Positions 37,960 through 47,003 of a stretch of DNA of 64,000 nucleotides are shown here, piece by piece; positions within the stretch are counted from its first letter, which is position 1; each line of letters starts with the position of its first letter. The DNA is from a virus (taxonomy: Duplodnaviria > Caudoviricetes): IMG/VR virus record IMGVR_UViG_3300028888_000107, positions 1-64,000 of that record. The stretch is one strand, 5' to 3'. The notes beneath the pieces are model-generated. The model saw nothing but the letters and a program-made list of their open reading frames with translations. It did no database searches and had not been told where the DNA came from. A program made the translations under genes and the position numbers.

Positions 37960-37962
37960 AGT

Positions 37963-38334
37963 TTATTGGTTTTTTTCGTTTACAATTTCAAAATTAAATG
38001 CCATTTTGGGGCATACATAATTTTCAAGGTCTTTCCTGCCAACTATTTCTGAAAGTTTTGCAACAATGTTTTGGGCAAAGCAAACCGAAATTTCTCGGTA
38101 AAGGGAATAGGTGGAAACACTGCTCATATCATATAACTTCGTGTTTACGGTGTTGTATTTGACACTGTTGGTTTTTGTGAACACAATTTCAATTTCTTTG
38201 TTAAGTGTGTTTATATCGCACATGGCAACGCATACATTATCGTTTACCTTGCTAACCGAGTATTTGTAGTCTGGCGATTGGTTGTATTCATCACAAACCA
38301 AGTCAGCAGCCATATAAAGAGCTTCTTGTAACAT
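37963..38334 (-). CDS. Hypothetical protein, MAAD family copy 1
   Basis: ALYMAADLVC...EIEIVFT....KYNTV. Confidence 0.6.
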   Translation of the reverse strand: MLQEALYMAADLVCDEYNQSPDYKYSVSKVNDNVCVAMCDINTLNKEIEIVFTKTNSVKYNTVNTKLYDMSSVSTYSLYREISVCFAQNIVAKLSEIVGRKDLENYVCPKMAFNFEIVNEKNQ

Positions 38335-38344
38335 AACCTTTAAT

Positions 38345-38803
38345 TTATTTTTTCATATAAGACAATTTTGACGATAAATCGTTTGCCATTAAATCATCGT
38401 TGTTATCCTTAAGCATTTTAAGTTTGCAATCAATGGGAAACTTAACAATGTTATCAACATTATCCTCGCCAATTATTTCGGCAAGTTTTTCGGCGGTTTT
38501 TTGAACAATGCTGTTGATTATGCCTTTGTAAACAACAAAGCCAAATGCATCAATGATTTTGTGTTCGCTTTTAATGTTGCTCCACACATTTGCAATAACG
38601 GTGTTGTATTGGTCGCAATCGTTTTGCGTAAACTTGATTTCGACCTCCTTTGCAACCAATTCCTTGTTGTACAAGGTTATGCAAACATCGTTATCCCTTC
38701 TATCCGCCAAATGGGAAAAGATGTAGGAATTGTTGATGTTAAGGTAATCGCAAGTTTCATCTGCCGCCATAAAAAGGGCTGCTTGTCTGTCTTTATTTTC
38801 CAT
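38345..38803 (-). CDS. Hypothetical protein, MAAD family copy 2
   Basis: ALFMAADETC...EVEIKFT....QYNTV. Confidence 0.6.
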   Translation of the reverse strand: MENKDRQAALFMAADETCDYLNINNSYIFSHLADRRDNDVCITLYNKELVAKEVEIKFTQNDCDQYNTVIANVWSNIKSEHKIIDAFGFVVYKGIINSIVQKTAEKLAEIIGEDNVDNIVKFPIDCKLKMLKDNNDDLMANDLSSKLSYMKK

Positions 38804-38960
38804 ATCCTTTGTTTTTTAATTGTTGTTTTTTCAATTCAATTTCAAGGTACTTTACTTTTTCTTCCAATTCAATGGCACGAGCCTTTAGTTCATCCCTTTC
38901 TTTTATAATTTCAAGCATAATAGCCATTGTGCTTTGGTTTTGCAATTCCTTGTGTTCCAT
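38793..38960 (-). CDS. Small coiled-coil protein
   Basis: Start reassigned to MEHKELQ. Confidence 0.5.
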   Translation of the reverse strand: MEHKELQNQSTMAIMLEIIKERDELKARAIELEEKVKYLEIELKKQQLKNKGYGK

Positions 38961-38973
38961 AATGGCAATGTGT

Positions 38974-39648
38974 TTATTTGTACATATCTTTAGTGGTTTC
39001 CAAGACAAGTCCTTTTTTAATCAATCCATGATAGTTTAAATGGTCACTGCTATCAAAGGCGGACCTTGTGGATTATGTTGCGGTTAAAATTAAACAATTC
39101 CTCCTTGTTGCAATTGCCCTTAAATCTTCGGCAATTTGCTTTATGTTCATATAGGTGTTTTCCGAGTTGGGGTTGCGGTAGTTACGCATAATGTTAATAT
39201 AGTCAATAACCACAACGTGTATCTTAAACCCTTCCGTATCTTCAATTTGCTTAATGTGATTTTCCAAATCAATGGTGGTGCAACAACTTGTGGGGTATTC
39301 CTTTATAAAAAGCCTGCCCAACGGGATAAGTTGCTTCCTTCTAAATTCTTGAAGCCTTTTACCCATCCTTTCATCATCATTGGATATACTATCATAATCC
39401 TTCATATCAATATCCAAAACATTTGCACCTATTCTTTTTATAACCTTTTTGTCACTCATCTCGCAAGTTACAAAAAGAACATTTTTACCGGCTTTCATAA
39501 AGTTGGCGGCATCGTTGCACAAAAATATTGAGTTAGATAGAATTCGATCAATCGCTGCGAAATCTTGGCAAAACGAATCACCGGTTGGTGTGTGCGGCAC
39601 CCTCATGCAAAGGTTTTTTAACAGCCATTCTTTATCTTCTTGTTTCAT
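38974..39648 (-). pseudogene. Chimeric gene: PYLRPMSSMT-family termini enclosing a T4 gp41/DnaB helicase fragment, with one internal TAA
   Basis: Family N-terminus MKQEDKEWLLKNLCMRVPH; helicase segment SIFLCN..VLFVTCEMS..IKEYPT..VIDYINIM..IAEDLRAIA..TAT*STRSAFDSSD; then in frame the family C-terminus HLNYHGLIKKGLVLETTKDMYK*. Confidence 0.8.
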
Positions 39649-39660
39649 ACCACTTGTTTT

Positions 39661-39739
39661 TAATTACACCGCAAAAATACAAAACTTTTTAATATATGCA
39701 ACTTTTGCTACAAAAAAGTTATTAACATTGTTATTAACA
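39661..39739 (-). promoter_or_regulatory. Early promoter cassette copy 4
   Basis: taattacaccgcaaaaatacaaaa...tatgcaac...gttattaacattgttattaaca. Confidence 0.8.
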
Positions 39740-39752
39740 TAACCAAAATTGG

Positions 39753-41102
39753 TTACAATTCAAAAAGGTTACGCAATTTCTCCTCAGGCATATCATACAA
39801 ATCCTTTGGGTTAAATTCAGTGTCGTTAAAGCCACCGGTGTCTGTACACAACTTTCCATCGCACCACTTTTCGGCATATTCAACCATTCTGTCAATTTGT
39901 CGCTTTGTTAACGGCTTATCACGCAGTGCATAGCCACAAGCAACAAGTTCATAGCCCAAAAAGCGTATTTTGCCAAAATGGAAGCGAACCCATCCAGCCT
40001 TATCAATGGCATAGTCCTTGTTGTAATCCTTATCATAGGCAGGGAGGTATTCGCCAACACCATGCTTTTCGTACAAGGCGTCAGCCAATTCAACGTGTAT
40101 AAGGGGTGATTCATTCATTCCCATTGCATATACATTGCCATAAGGGTCAATGTATCCCGCCTCCCAATGGTCATCAAAGGTAACGGGTTCCGCAAGGTCT
40201 CTTTTCTTTTGGGTTTCTTTTTTCTTGGCAATTTCCTTGTTGATTTTGTTGGTGTTTGCTTCCATTGCGGTTTCGCCTCTAACCATATCTTCCACCACAA
40301 CATCCGCAACTTTGTTATAACCGTTTTTGTAAAACAACTCGTTTAGTTTATCCAAGTTTTCAACATCGTACAAAAGCAAAAGGTCGTAAAGTTTTTTAAA
40401 GTCCTCGTACTCTTTTTTATAATCGTTGTATTCGTATGATGGTACACTGTCAGGTCCAAACTTAAAGCCAAAGTTTTTTTGAAACCATTCAACCATTGGG
40501 ATAAACTTTTCCGAATCTTCAACAAAGGTTTTAAGGCAATCCAAATCCATAAACCTATCATAAATTCTCCTGTTAAACAACGGTTGCGTATCACCGTGTT
40601 CCAAAATGTTTAACGCTTCCCTATCGTTTTCTTTCCAAACCCTTATAATATCCCCTGCTGTTATCTTAATGCTTCCGCTTATCTTTCCAACAGGGACGCT
40701 AACACCAAAAAGTTCAAGCAAATCTTTATCATCCAAATCAACAGTGTAAACACATTCTTTGGCAAAGGTGTCCATTATTTTTTTTCTTAAAGCATCACGG
40801 TATTTGTAATCGTTGTTAAAAAGATAATGCTTAACATAGCCAACATAATCGCTTTCGTTGTACATTGAAAGTTCCTCTTGGCTTAACACTTCCTTTTTGC
40901 AAATGCCCATTCTTGTATCGCTTTCTGTTTTAAGAAAAAGTTCGTTTTTAAGAATCGGCAAAACGTATTGTTTTGGAACACCGGAATCCGTCAAGGTTTT
41001 AACAGCCCATTCTGGATTTTTGTCATAATAAAGGTGTTCGTTTGCTATGTTTTGCAAAACAATTCCAAGATTTTCCCCAAGTGTAAAATGCAAGGTTTCC
41101 AT
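39753..41102 (-). CDS. Hypothetical protein
   Basis: 449 aa; C-terminal GYIDPYG...H...A...GWVR motif. Confidence 0.6.
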   Translation of the reverse strand: METLHFTLGENLGIVLQNIANEHLYYDKNPEWAVKTLTDSGVPKQYVLPILKNELFLKTESDTRMGICKKEVLSQEELSMYNESDYVGYVKHYLFNNDYKYRDALRKKIMDTFAKECVYTVDLDDKDLLELFGVSVPVGKISGSIKITAGDIIRVWKENDREALNILEHGDTQPLFNRRIYDRFMDLDCLKTFVEDSEKFIPMVEWFQKNFGFKFGPDSVPSYEYNDYKKEYEDFKKLYDLLLLYDVENLDKLNELFYKNGYNKVADVVVEDMVRGETAMEANTNKINKEIAKKKETQKKRDLAEPVTFDDHWEAGYIDPYGNVYAMGMNESPLIHVELADALYEKHGVGEYLPAYDKDYNKDYAIDKAGWVRFHFGKIRFLGYELVACGYALRDKPLTKRQIDRMVEYAEKWCDGKLCTDTGGFNDTEFNPKDLYDMPEEKLRNLFEL

Positions 41103-41115
41103 AACTTTGTTGTTT

Positions 41116-41322
41116 TTAGTCTTTGCTATCTTCGGAAATTAAACAAGGTGCTCCATAATAAACAGCGTTAGGCACTTCTTCAAAATCGGAAACATTGTAA
41201 CTGTACTTAAGGCAATCATCCTCACGAACCATAACCCCAAATGCTTCCTCCGGGCTGTTTGCGGCAACAACACACAAACCCCTCCCGCAACTTCTTTTGG
41301 CAATATAAATCTTTGTTTGCAT
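41116..41322 (-). CDS. Small hypothetical protein
   Basis: Start reassigned to MQTKIY because the upstream ATG lies inside the promoter. Confidence 0.55.
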   Translation of the reverse strand: MQTKIYIAKRSCGRGLCVVAANSPEEAFGVMVREDDCLKYSYNVSDFEEVPNAVYYGAPCLISEDSKD

Positions 41323-41336
41323 ATCTTTATTGTTTT

Positions 41337-41415
41337 TAATTACACCGCAAAAATACAAAAATATTTTATATATGCAACTTTTTATGAAAAAAAGTTATTA
41401 ACAAAGTTATTAACA
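41337..41415 (-). promoter_or_regulatory. Early promoter cassette copy 5
   Basis: Same cassette with two TTATTAACA boxes. Confidence 0.8.
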
Positions 41416-41420
41416 AATTT

Positions 41421-41789
41421 TTATTCGGGATAATAAAGTGTTGTTTTGGGGTAGCCAAACTCTTCAATCTCATCTGCTTGTTTGGAGAGTTTGTATGCCA
41501 TAATTTTAAGTCTTTCCGCGGAGTCTCTTAAATGAACAACAAACTTTCTTTTGCCTTCTTCGGTATCAATAAACGGTCCAGATCCTTGGCATCCACAACT
41601 CCACACACTGTTTTTTCTTGGGTGGTAAACATCGGGGTTTACTTGAATAAATTTGTTTCCATCTTCATCCAAACCATCCTCACTGCCAAACAATTGAACT
41701 ATAATGTTCATTTCACCGTTTGGATGTTTTAGGTTGTCGGGGTTTACCCCAATTTCAATTAGTTGTTCTGTTGTTAAAACATCTTCCAT
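41421..41789 (-). CDS. Hypothetical protein
   Basis: 122 aa. Confidence 0.55.
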   Translation of the reverse strand: MEDVLTTEQLIEIGVNPDNLKHPNGEMNIIVQLFGSEDGLDEDGNKFIQVNPDVYHPRKNSVWSCGCQGSGPFIDTEEGKRKFVVHLRDSAERLKIMAYKLSKQADEIEEFGYPKTTLYYPE

Positions 41790-42239
41790 AACTTTAATGC
41801 TTTAATTACATTGTTGGAAAAAACTCATTTCTTTCCGCATATTCAATGGTTTCTGACAATTTTTTATCTATTATTTTCTTACCAAGAAATTCTCAATAAA
41901 TCCCTATCGTTTTCAAAGACGATTTTTGTTTTATATCCTTTATCATAAAGGGTGTTTTCTATCGCAACCAAAGAGCATTTCAAATGTTCATCATTTTCAT
42001 CGAAGAACCAATCACATGAATTAAATCCGCCTTTGGATGATTTGTCTATAAGTTTATATATATCATCAAGATAAATTGACGCCAAATAACTCAAACTCCC
42101 CTGTTCGGTTTGTTTTCGCGCATCATTTGCCGTTATATTCATTTTGCAGTTTTTCATAACTTTATGTTTTTAATTACATTGTTGGAAAAAACCCATTTTT
42201 TTCTGCATATTCAATGGTTTCCGACAATTTTTTGTCTTT
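41788..42239. repeat. About 80-bp imperfect direct repeat (41788-41871 and 42156-42239)
   Basis: Both copies encode DKKLSETIEYAE.N.FFPTM* plus the next gene's leader. Confidence 0.85.
41879..42157 (-). CDS. Small hypothetical protein
   Basis: Begins MKNCKMN, identical to 42174. Confidence 0.55.
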   Translation of the reverse strand: MKNCKMNITANDARKQTEQGSLSYLASIYLDDIYKLIDKSSKGGFNSCDWFFDENDEHLKCSLVAIENTLYDKGYKTKIVFENDRDLLRISW

Positions 42240-42401
42240 TGCTTTATCCAACATTTGTTGTTCTTTCCATTTAGCCATATCAATTAAGGCATCATATACA
42301 TCCTGAGCAAGGTCTTTGTTATGGTGGTTTATGTCGCACCACTTTTGAACCAATTCCTTTGCCTTTTGTTCATCCGTCATATTCATTTTGCAATTTTTCA
42401 T
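42174..42401 (-). CDS. Small hypothetical protein (WKEQQ family)
   Basis: MKNCKMN...MAKWKEQQ...FFPTM. Confidence 0.55.
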   Translation of the reverse strand: MKNCKMNMTDEQKAKELVQKWCDINHHNKDLAQDVYDALIDMAKWKEQQMLDKAKDKKLSETIEYAEKNGFFPTM

Positions 42402-42414
42402 AACTTTATGTTTT

Positions 42415-42493
42415 TAATTACACCGCAAAAATACAAAACTTTTTAATATATGCAACCACTTAAACAAAAAAGTTATTAACAAACTTATCAACA
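42415..42493 (-). promoter_or_regulatory. Early promoter cassette copy 6
   Basis: Same cassette; second box is TTATCAACA. Confidence 0.8.
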
Positions 42494-43159
42494 TTTAACA
42501 CATCTAACACCCATTGCCAAAGCTCTTGCACCAAAAGCACCGACAACATTTGCCCCTTTGTGCCAAATCCTAATAAACCAAGTATATTCATCGCTATCTT
42601 GGTATTCATCGGAACACCATAGATGTGAAGTGATGCCAAGTGGATTCTTTGTGTTTATGGAATAACCGTTTGGGTATATGTTTAAGTTTGTTTCGTTGTT
42701 TGTTTCTGCATTCCTACCAACGCTGTTTTCTACATCGCTTTTTAGCCAATCATTGTTTGAACAAATTGCCTTTGCGGTGTGTGCCAAATAAGGACGCATT
42801 TCTTCTTTGTTTAGGTTATGTTCACCTTTGCCCAAAAAAGTTAAAAGTTCTGTCCAATCGTTAATGGCGGTAACACGCCAACCCTTTGGGGCAAGCAATT
42901 CCGTGTCAACCGCCTCAAAATTGTAATGCAAACCGTAATTGGGCAACCTGCTTGACTTTGGCGTTAAGTTACCGGGGTATTCATAATAGGGTAGTTTGCC
43001 AAGTTCGGATGTGGCGTATGTGTTAAGGGGTGTGCCATCGTTTAACCGTGTAACCCTCAAATTGGAAGCCAACCATAACTTGTTGTTGATGTTAACGGCA
43101 TCATAGATATTGCCATCAATATCGGTTACTGCGTTTCTTATCAATTCAAAATTTTTCAT
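42488..43159 (-). CDS. Fibrobacter succinogenes major paralogous (FISUMP / Fib_succ_major) domain protein
   Basis: VTDIDGNIY, WLASNL, YGLHYNF, LAPKGWR, HLWCS and GVRCVK; no signal peptide; start MKNFEL. Confidence 0.85.
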   Translation of the reverse strand: MKNFELIRNAVTDIDGNIYDAVNINNKLWLASNLRVTRLNDGTPLNTYATSELGKLPYYEYPGNLTPKSSRLPNYGLHYNFEAVDTELLAPKGWRVTAINDWTELLTFLGKGEHNLNKEEMRPYLAHTAKAICSNNDWLKSDVENSVGRNAETNNETNLNIYPNGYSINTKNPLGITSHLWCSDEYQDSDEYTWFIRIWHKGANVVGAFGARALAMGVRCVKC

Positions 43160-43176
43160 AGTAACAAAATCAATGT

Positions 43177-43234
43177 GGCAAAAATACAAAATATTTTATA
43201 TAGGCAACCACAAACAACAAAAAAGTTATTAACA
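43177..43234 (-). promoter_or_regulatory. Early promoter cassette copy 7
   Basis: ggcaaaaatacaaaatattttatataggcaac...aaaagttattaaca. Confidence 0.75.
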
Positions 43235-43376
43235 CATTAAGGTTTGAACGGAACCGGTTTAACAGATTAACAGAATAACAAATTTATTTCTCTTATATAA
43301 TACACTTTGCCAAATGTTGATAATTAGGTTGTTGTAAATTTAGGGTATATATGTGGCATATATCCAAACCACCAAA

Positions 43377-43384
43377 TATAAATA
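43377..43384 (+). promoter_or_regulatory. Late promoter TATAAATA
   Basis: 19 nt upstream of the neck gene. Confidence 0.75.
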
Positions 43385-43402
43385 CTAAAAACAAAAAACT
43401 TT

Positions 43403-44266
43403 ATGGCATCATACATAGATTGTTCCGATAACGAATCCCAAGAATGCCTATCGGAACTTATAGATAGGGTAAACAACCAAATGACATTAAGTTGCCAACT
43501 TCCATTCAAGTTGCCAGCAGCCGCCATTGCCCAAATAGTGCAAGAGGCTAAAAAGTGGTTTTACAACAACTATGAAGACGCAGTTGAGGAACTTTATATA
43601 TCAGCTCCCGGTTGGGTGTTTAGGGATCCTTCGTTTCTTTTGGGGTTAACCAACAGAAAAGGTATGGATGGAAACGAAATACAAAAATCTGAAACGCAAA
43701 AGAATAGGGGTGTTTTGGTAATGCCCGGTAACGTGTTTTCGGTTTTAAGGGTGTTTCAACTAAACCGCTTTTCGGGTGAAGCCGGTTGGGGCGGTGATAG
43801 AATAGACGCCTACAACAGGGATTTTAGCACAAGAAGGATGTTTGCTTCCTATATGTATTCGGATTCAATTGCCCAAAGTGCTGACAATTTGCTTTATTGG
43901 ACTTGCAACTGGTACTATTTTGACGAATCAAGGCAAATGCTTCAAGAGATGCACGGTTTTAGTTACAACCGCCTAACCAAAAAATTAAGGTTTACGGGAG
44001 AGTTGCCAAAATACAGTTGTGTATTCAATGTATTAACAACCATACCCGATTGCGATCTGTTTCAAGATGATTTGTTCTTTAGGTATGTGGTTGCCCAATG
44101 CTTAAGGCAAATGTCAAGAATACTTGGAACCTTTACATATTCTCTACCGGGAAATGTTAGCATCAACTACGACCAATATTCAAGTTGGGGCGAAACCGAA
44201 TTGCAAGACATCAAAGATGAAATACAAAACAACAGACACAGCGTTGCGTATTTCTACACAACATAA
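43403..44266 (+). CDS. gp13: T4 gp13-like neck / head-completion protein
   Basis: AKKWFYNNYEDAVE, YNRLTKKL.F.GE and LPGNVSINYD...GETEL resemble gp13-family features; under a late promoter. Confidence 0.7.
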   Translation: MASYIDCSDNESQECLSELIDRVNNQMTLSCQLPFKLPAAAIAQIVQEAKKWFYNNYEDAVEELYISAPGWVFRDPSFLLGLTNRKGMDGNEIQKSETQKNRGVLVMPGNVFSVLRVFQLNRFSGEAGWGGDRIDAYNRDFSTRRMFASYMYSDSIAQSADNLLYWTCNWYYFDESRQMLQEMHGFSYNRLTKKLRFTGELPKYSCVFNVLTTIPDCDLFQDDLFFRYVVAQCLRQMSRILGTFTYSLPGNVSINYDQYSSWGETELQDIKDEIQNNRHSVAYFYTT

Positions 44267-44286
44267 TTCGTGTATGTTTTGAAAAT

Positions 44287-44316
44287 AAAAAAGGTTGGCA
44301 AGTAGCCAACCTTTTT
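44287..44316. terminator. Bidirectional rho-independent terminator
   Basis: aaaaaa-ggttggc-aagta-gccaacc-ttttt between convergent genes. Confidence 0.9.
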
Positions 44317-44338
44317 GTTTATAAATACATTTGCGTTT

Positions 44339-44983
44339 TTAGATCTCTTCGTATTCATAGAAGCAACCGCTGTAGCCGTTTGCAGCCGCATTGTTGGAAG
44401 CGTTGTAAAGGTTTTTAACCAAACTTTCAATGTTCTTTGGATTGGTGTTAATCTTTTTGTTGCCTTTTTCGTGTTCGTAACTTTGTCCGGTTTCAAGGGT
44501 GTATTTGTAATACTTAACCAACTCTTCCAAAGTTCCTTCGTGAGTGTAAACACTATCCTTGCCAAACATTCTTGATTTGGTTTGGGTAATTCTGTAAACC
44601 TTCTTTCCTTTATCCTTGCCAATTATTTTGTTAAGAATTTTTTCAAGGGTACCGTTTGTTATATCATCTTTTTTAATATAAGTGTCTTTGGCAACCAATT
44701 TCATGGATTTTAAAAAAGGTTCCTTTGTTTTTTCATCCGTTTGTTTTGGAAAGGCAAACCAACAAAGTATTTCGTTTGTGTATTCTTTTTCATAACCAAC
44801 AGCCAAATAAACACTTGGGTTATCCATTTCACCGTAAATTGGAAACATTGAGGTGTGTTCCATCTTTTCGGCTGAAACAATGGCTTGACTTGCCATTTCA
44901 ACTATTTGTTTTGGTGTATAGGCAAGTTTAATTTGGCTTGCCCCCTCCACCATATATTCATTAAGTTTTAATATTCTTGACAT
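44339..44983 (-). CDS. Hypothetical late protein with capsid-targeting-like N-terminus
   Basis: MSRILKLNEYMVE. Confidence 0.6.
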   Translation of the reverse strand: MSRILKLNEYMVEGASQIKLAYTPKQIVEMASQAIVSAEKMEHTSMFPIYGEMDNPSVYLAVGYEKEYTNEILCWFAFPKQTDEKTKEPFLKSMKLVAKDTYIKKDDITNGTLEKILNKIIGKDKGKKVYRITQTKSRMFGKDSVYTHEGTLEELVKYYKYTLETGQSYEHEKGNKKINTNPKNIESLVKNLYNASNNAAANGYSGCFYEYEEI

Positions 44984-44999
44984 AATTGTTTTCTATATA

Positions 45000-45917
45000 T
45001 TAGTAGTATAAAAGTTTACCATTATCCAAATCGTAAACTTCACCGCTAAAGGTGCTTAAAAAGAATTTAGGTCCATCGTTATCAACAACAATTTTAACAA
45101 GTTTTTCCCATTGGTTGTTGTCAATTATTGCATTGGCTTCATCTTCCCCAACACCGGCTCCAACCAAATAGGATTTCCAATCTTCATCGCTCATTGCACC
45201 TTTCACAAGGTCAACCGCATTTTGGTGGTCATCACCGCTTAACACACTTTTTGCTGCATCTTCTTCGCTATTAAAAATACTGCCGTTGCAACCGTTTTTT
45301 GTTACAAAGTAGGTATCGGTAAGCCATTCAATGCCATCAACATCAGCACCAATTTCACCAAGTTTGCTTATAACCAGTGCTTTGGTTTCTTCCGCTTCTT
45401 GGTTGTTAAGGTTTTCTTTGATAAACTCATCGATTTTTAAAATATAAACCCCTTTGCTTTCTTGTAATTTTTGGGATGGTCTTGCCACTTGGGTAAACTT
45501 GTATTTGTTGGTTTGCCAATCAAACGATGCCATGCAATAACCATTATCTTCCACCCAATTATCTTCTTCATCATAATAGCCCCCATCTGAATTTTCATAA
45601 CTTGCAAAAGGTTGTTGTTCAAATCCCTCGCCAAGTCCATCGGAACATTGTCCGCTTACCCATTCGGAAATCTTATCAAGGGTGGCGGGAAGCAATTTAT
45701 CGTTTGCCGTTAGAACAATGCTTCCTGTATCGTTACTTGTCATTGTCCAATAAATATCTTCAACTTTATCAATTTCTTCTGGAGCAACCTTATCATTACG
45801 CAGGGAGTCCAAAAGGTATTTGGTCATATCATCTTCTTGCAAATAATCGTTTGCTTCTTGAATATCCAAAACGGGACAATCAAGGTTAAAGTTTGTTTTG
45901 TAATAAACGTTTCTCAT
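45000..45917 (-). CDS. Two-domain hypothetical late protein with an internal tag-like motif
   Basis: SGQCSDGLGEGFEQ motif; internal LQESKGVYILKIDEFIKE. Confidence 0.6.
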   Translation of the reverse strand: MRNVYYKTNFNLDCPVLDIQEANDYLQEDDMTKYLLDSLRNDKVAPEEIDKVEDIYWTMTSNDTGSIVLTANDKLLPATLDKISEWVSGQCSDGLGEGFEQQPFASYENSDGGYYDEEDNWVEDNGYCMASFDWQTNKYKFTQVARPSQKLQESKGVYILKIDEFIKENLNNQEAEETKALVISKLGEIGADVDGIEWLTDTYFVTKNGCNGSIFNSEEDAAKSVLSGDDHQNAVDLVKGAMSDEDWKSYLVGAGVGEDEANAIIDNNQWEKLVKIVVDNDGPKFFLSTFSGEVYDLDNGKLLYY

Positions 45918-45930
45918 ATTTTTAAATGTA

Positions 45931-46374
45931 TTATTTTTTCAATTTTATTCCAAGCATTCTTGAAACATCCTCGCCCCAATTTCGGTGGTGGGTGTTTGGC
46001 AACACAACAAACAAATGGGAACCCGTTCCAATATGTTTCATAATGTTGTTACTGTAAATGGCATTGACAAATTCATCTTCATTCACTTCCCTCATTATTC
46101 TATCATACAAAAACGACTTTAGACATTTTTCAATCTCAACCATAACCTCTCTATCAATAAAACCGTTTTTATTATTTTCATAATACTTATTTATGTACTC
46201 GTAAAAATCAATTGTATCATGAATAAAGTATTCGTTGTAAAAAGTGCCATACACCGCAACAAGCCCATTTATAGTCATTTCATAAACGTAGTTTCCAATG
46301 CCAAGCACAAGATCTTTTAAGGTGATATTATTTCTTTTTGTGTTAATTTCGTTAATCTTTTTTATGTGTGACAT
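45931..46374 (-). CDS. Hypothetical late protein with capsid-targeting-like N-terminus
   Basis: MSHIKKINEI. Confidence 0.6.
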   Translation of the reverse strand: MSHIKKINEINTKRNNITLKDLVLGIGNYVYEMTINGLVAVYGTFYNEYFIHDTIDFYEYINKYYENNKNGFIDREVMVEIEKCLKSFLYDRIMREVNEDEFVNAIYSNNIMKHIGTGSHLFVVLPNTHHRNWGEDVSRMLGIKLKK

Positions 46375-46389
46375 AGTGGTTTTTATATT

Positions 46390-46989
46390 TTATTCAGCCA
46401 AGAACCTTATTAACACATCAGGTCTCCCATACAAGCCATAATTCCAATTAGGTTCGGCATATTGTTCATCAAACATTGTTTTAAGGTAAATCACAGTAAA
46501 CCCGTTTCTTTCGTAAAATTCGCTTAAAAAACCATCGTAATGGTCAACCGTATTACCCCCGTTTTTAATGGCGTATCTTATAATAGCATCGCCAACACCC
46601 CCAATGTTTTGTTCATTGTTGTGCAAGGACACTATTTCACAACGCATTCTTGTACCCATTTTTGTTTGCTTTAACGCAAACCCAATATCATATCCCTTTA
46701 GTTTAAAAGTTTTAATTCCAAGTTCCTTTAATTCCTTTTCGTTGTATTTGGTTAAAAATTCAGTTCTTTCTGATTTGTAAGCCGATTTCAAAAAAGAAGC
46801 ATAGTTGTTTATTTCCCAAGAATCATCAATTCCAATAAGTTTTTTTACTTTGTTGCTTAATTCAACATCAAACACTTTTTCCAACAAAATTTTATCGCAC
46901 AAGAAACTGTTATGGGAACACTCCTTGTACAATTCCTTCATACATTGCGTGTTAAATACAAACTCTTCAAAAAGCATAATTCTTTTCAT
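46390..46989 (-). CDS. GNAT-like protein with capsid-targeting-like N-terminus
   Basis: MKRIMLFEEF; EIVSLHNN, GVGDAII..AIKNGG..VDHYDGFL..FYERNGF and W....GRPDV. Confidence 0.55.
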   Translation of the reverse strand: MKRIMLFEEFVFNTQCMKELYKECSHNSFLCDKILLEKVFDVELSNKVKKLIGIDDSWEINNYASFLKSAYKSERTEFLTKYNEKELKELGIKTFKLKGYDIGFALKQTKMGTRMRCEIVSLHNNEQNIGGVGDAIIRYAIKNGGNTVDHYDGFLSEFYERNGFTVIYLKTMFDEQYAEPNWNYGLYGRPDVLIRFLAE

Positions 46990-47003
46990 AATAGCAAAAT
47001 TTT

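Noticed and set aside
39073-39075. TAA read as Gln genome-wide
   Set aside because: TAA is the dominant true stop; a single CAA-to-TAA change or a sequencing error is the simpler explanation.
39043-39591. Helicase fragment as an exon of a split or trans-spliced gene, or an intein remnant
   Set aside because: No group I/II intron core or intein motifs flank it, and both sides belong in frame to the small-gene family.
16662-43189. ORF-track N-termini MYFCTVIKNNKD (16697), MYFCGVIKNNKD (41358) and MYFCHIDFVT (43189) as a shared protein motif
   Set aside because: They are translations of the repeated promoter box (TGTATTTTTGC); the true starts are the downstream ATGs.
44320-44327. TATAAATA on the plus strand
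   Set aside because: It points into the 3' end of an opposite-strand gene with no convincing ORF; chance is likely in AT-rich DNA, although an antisense transcript is not excluded.
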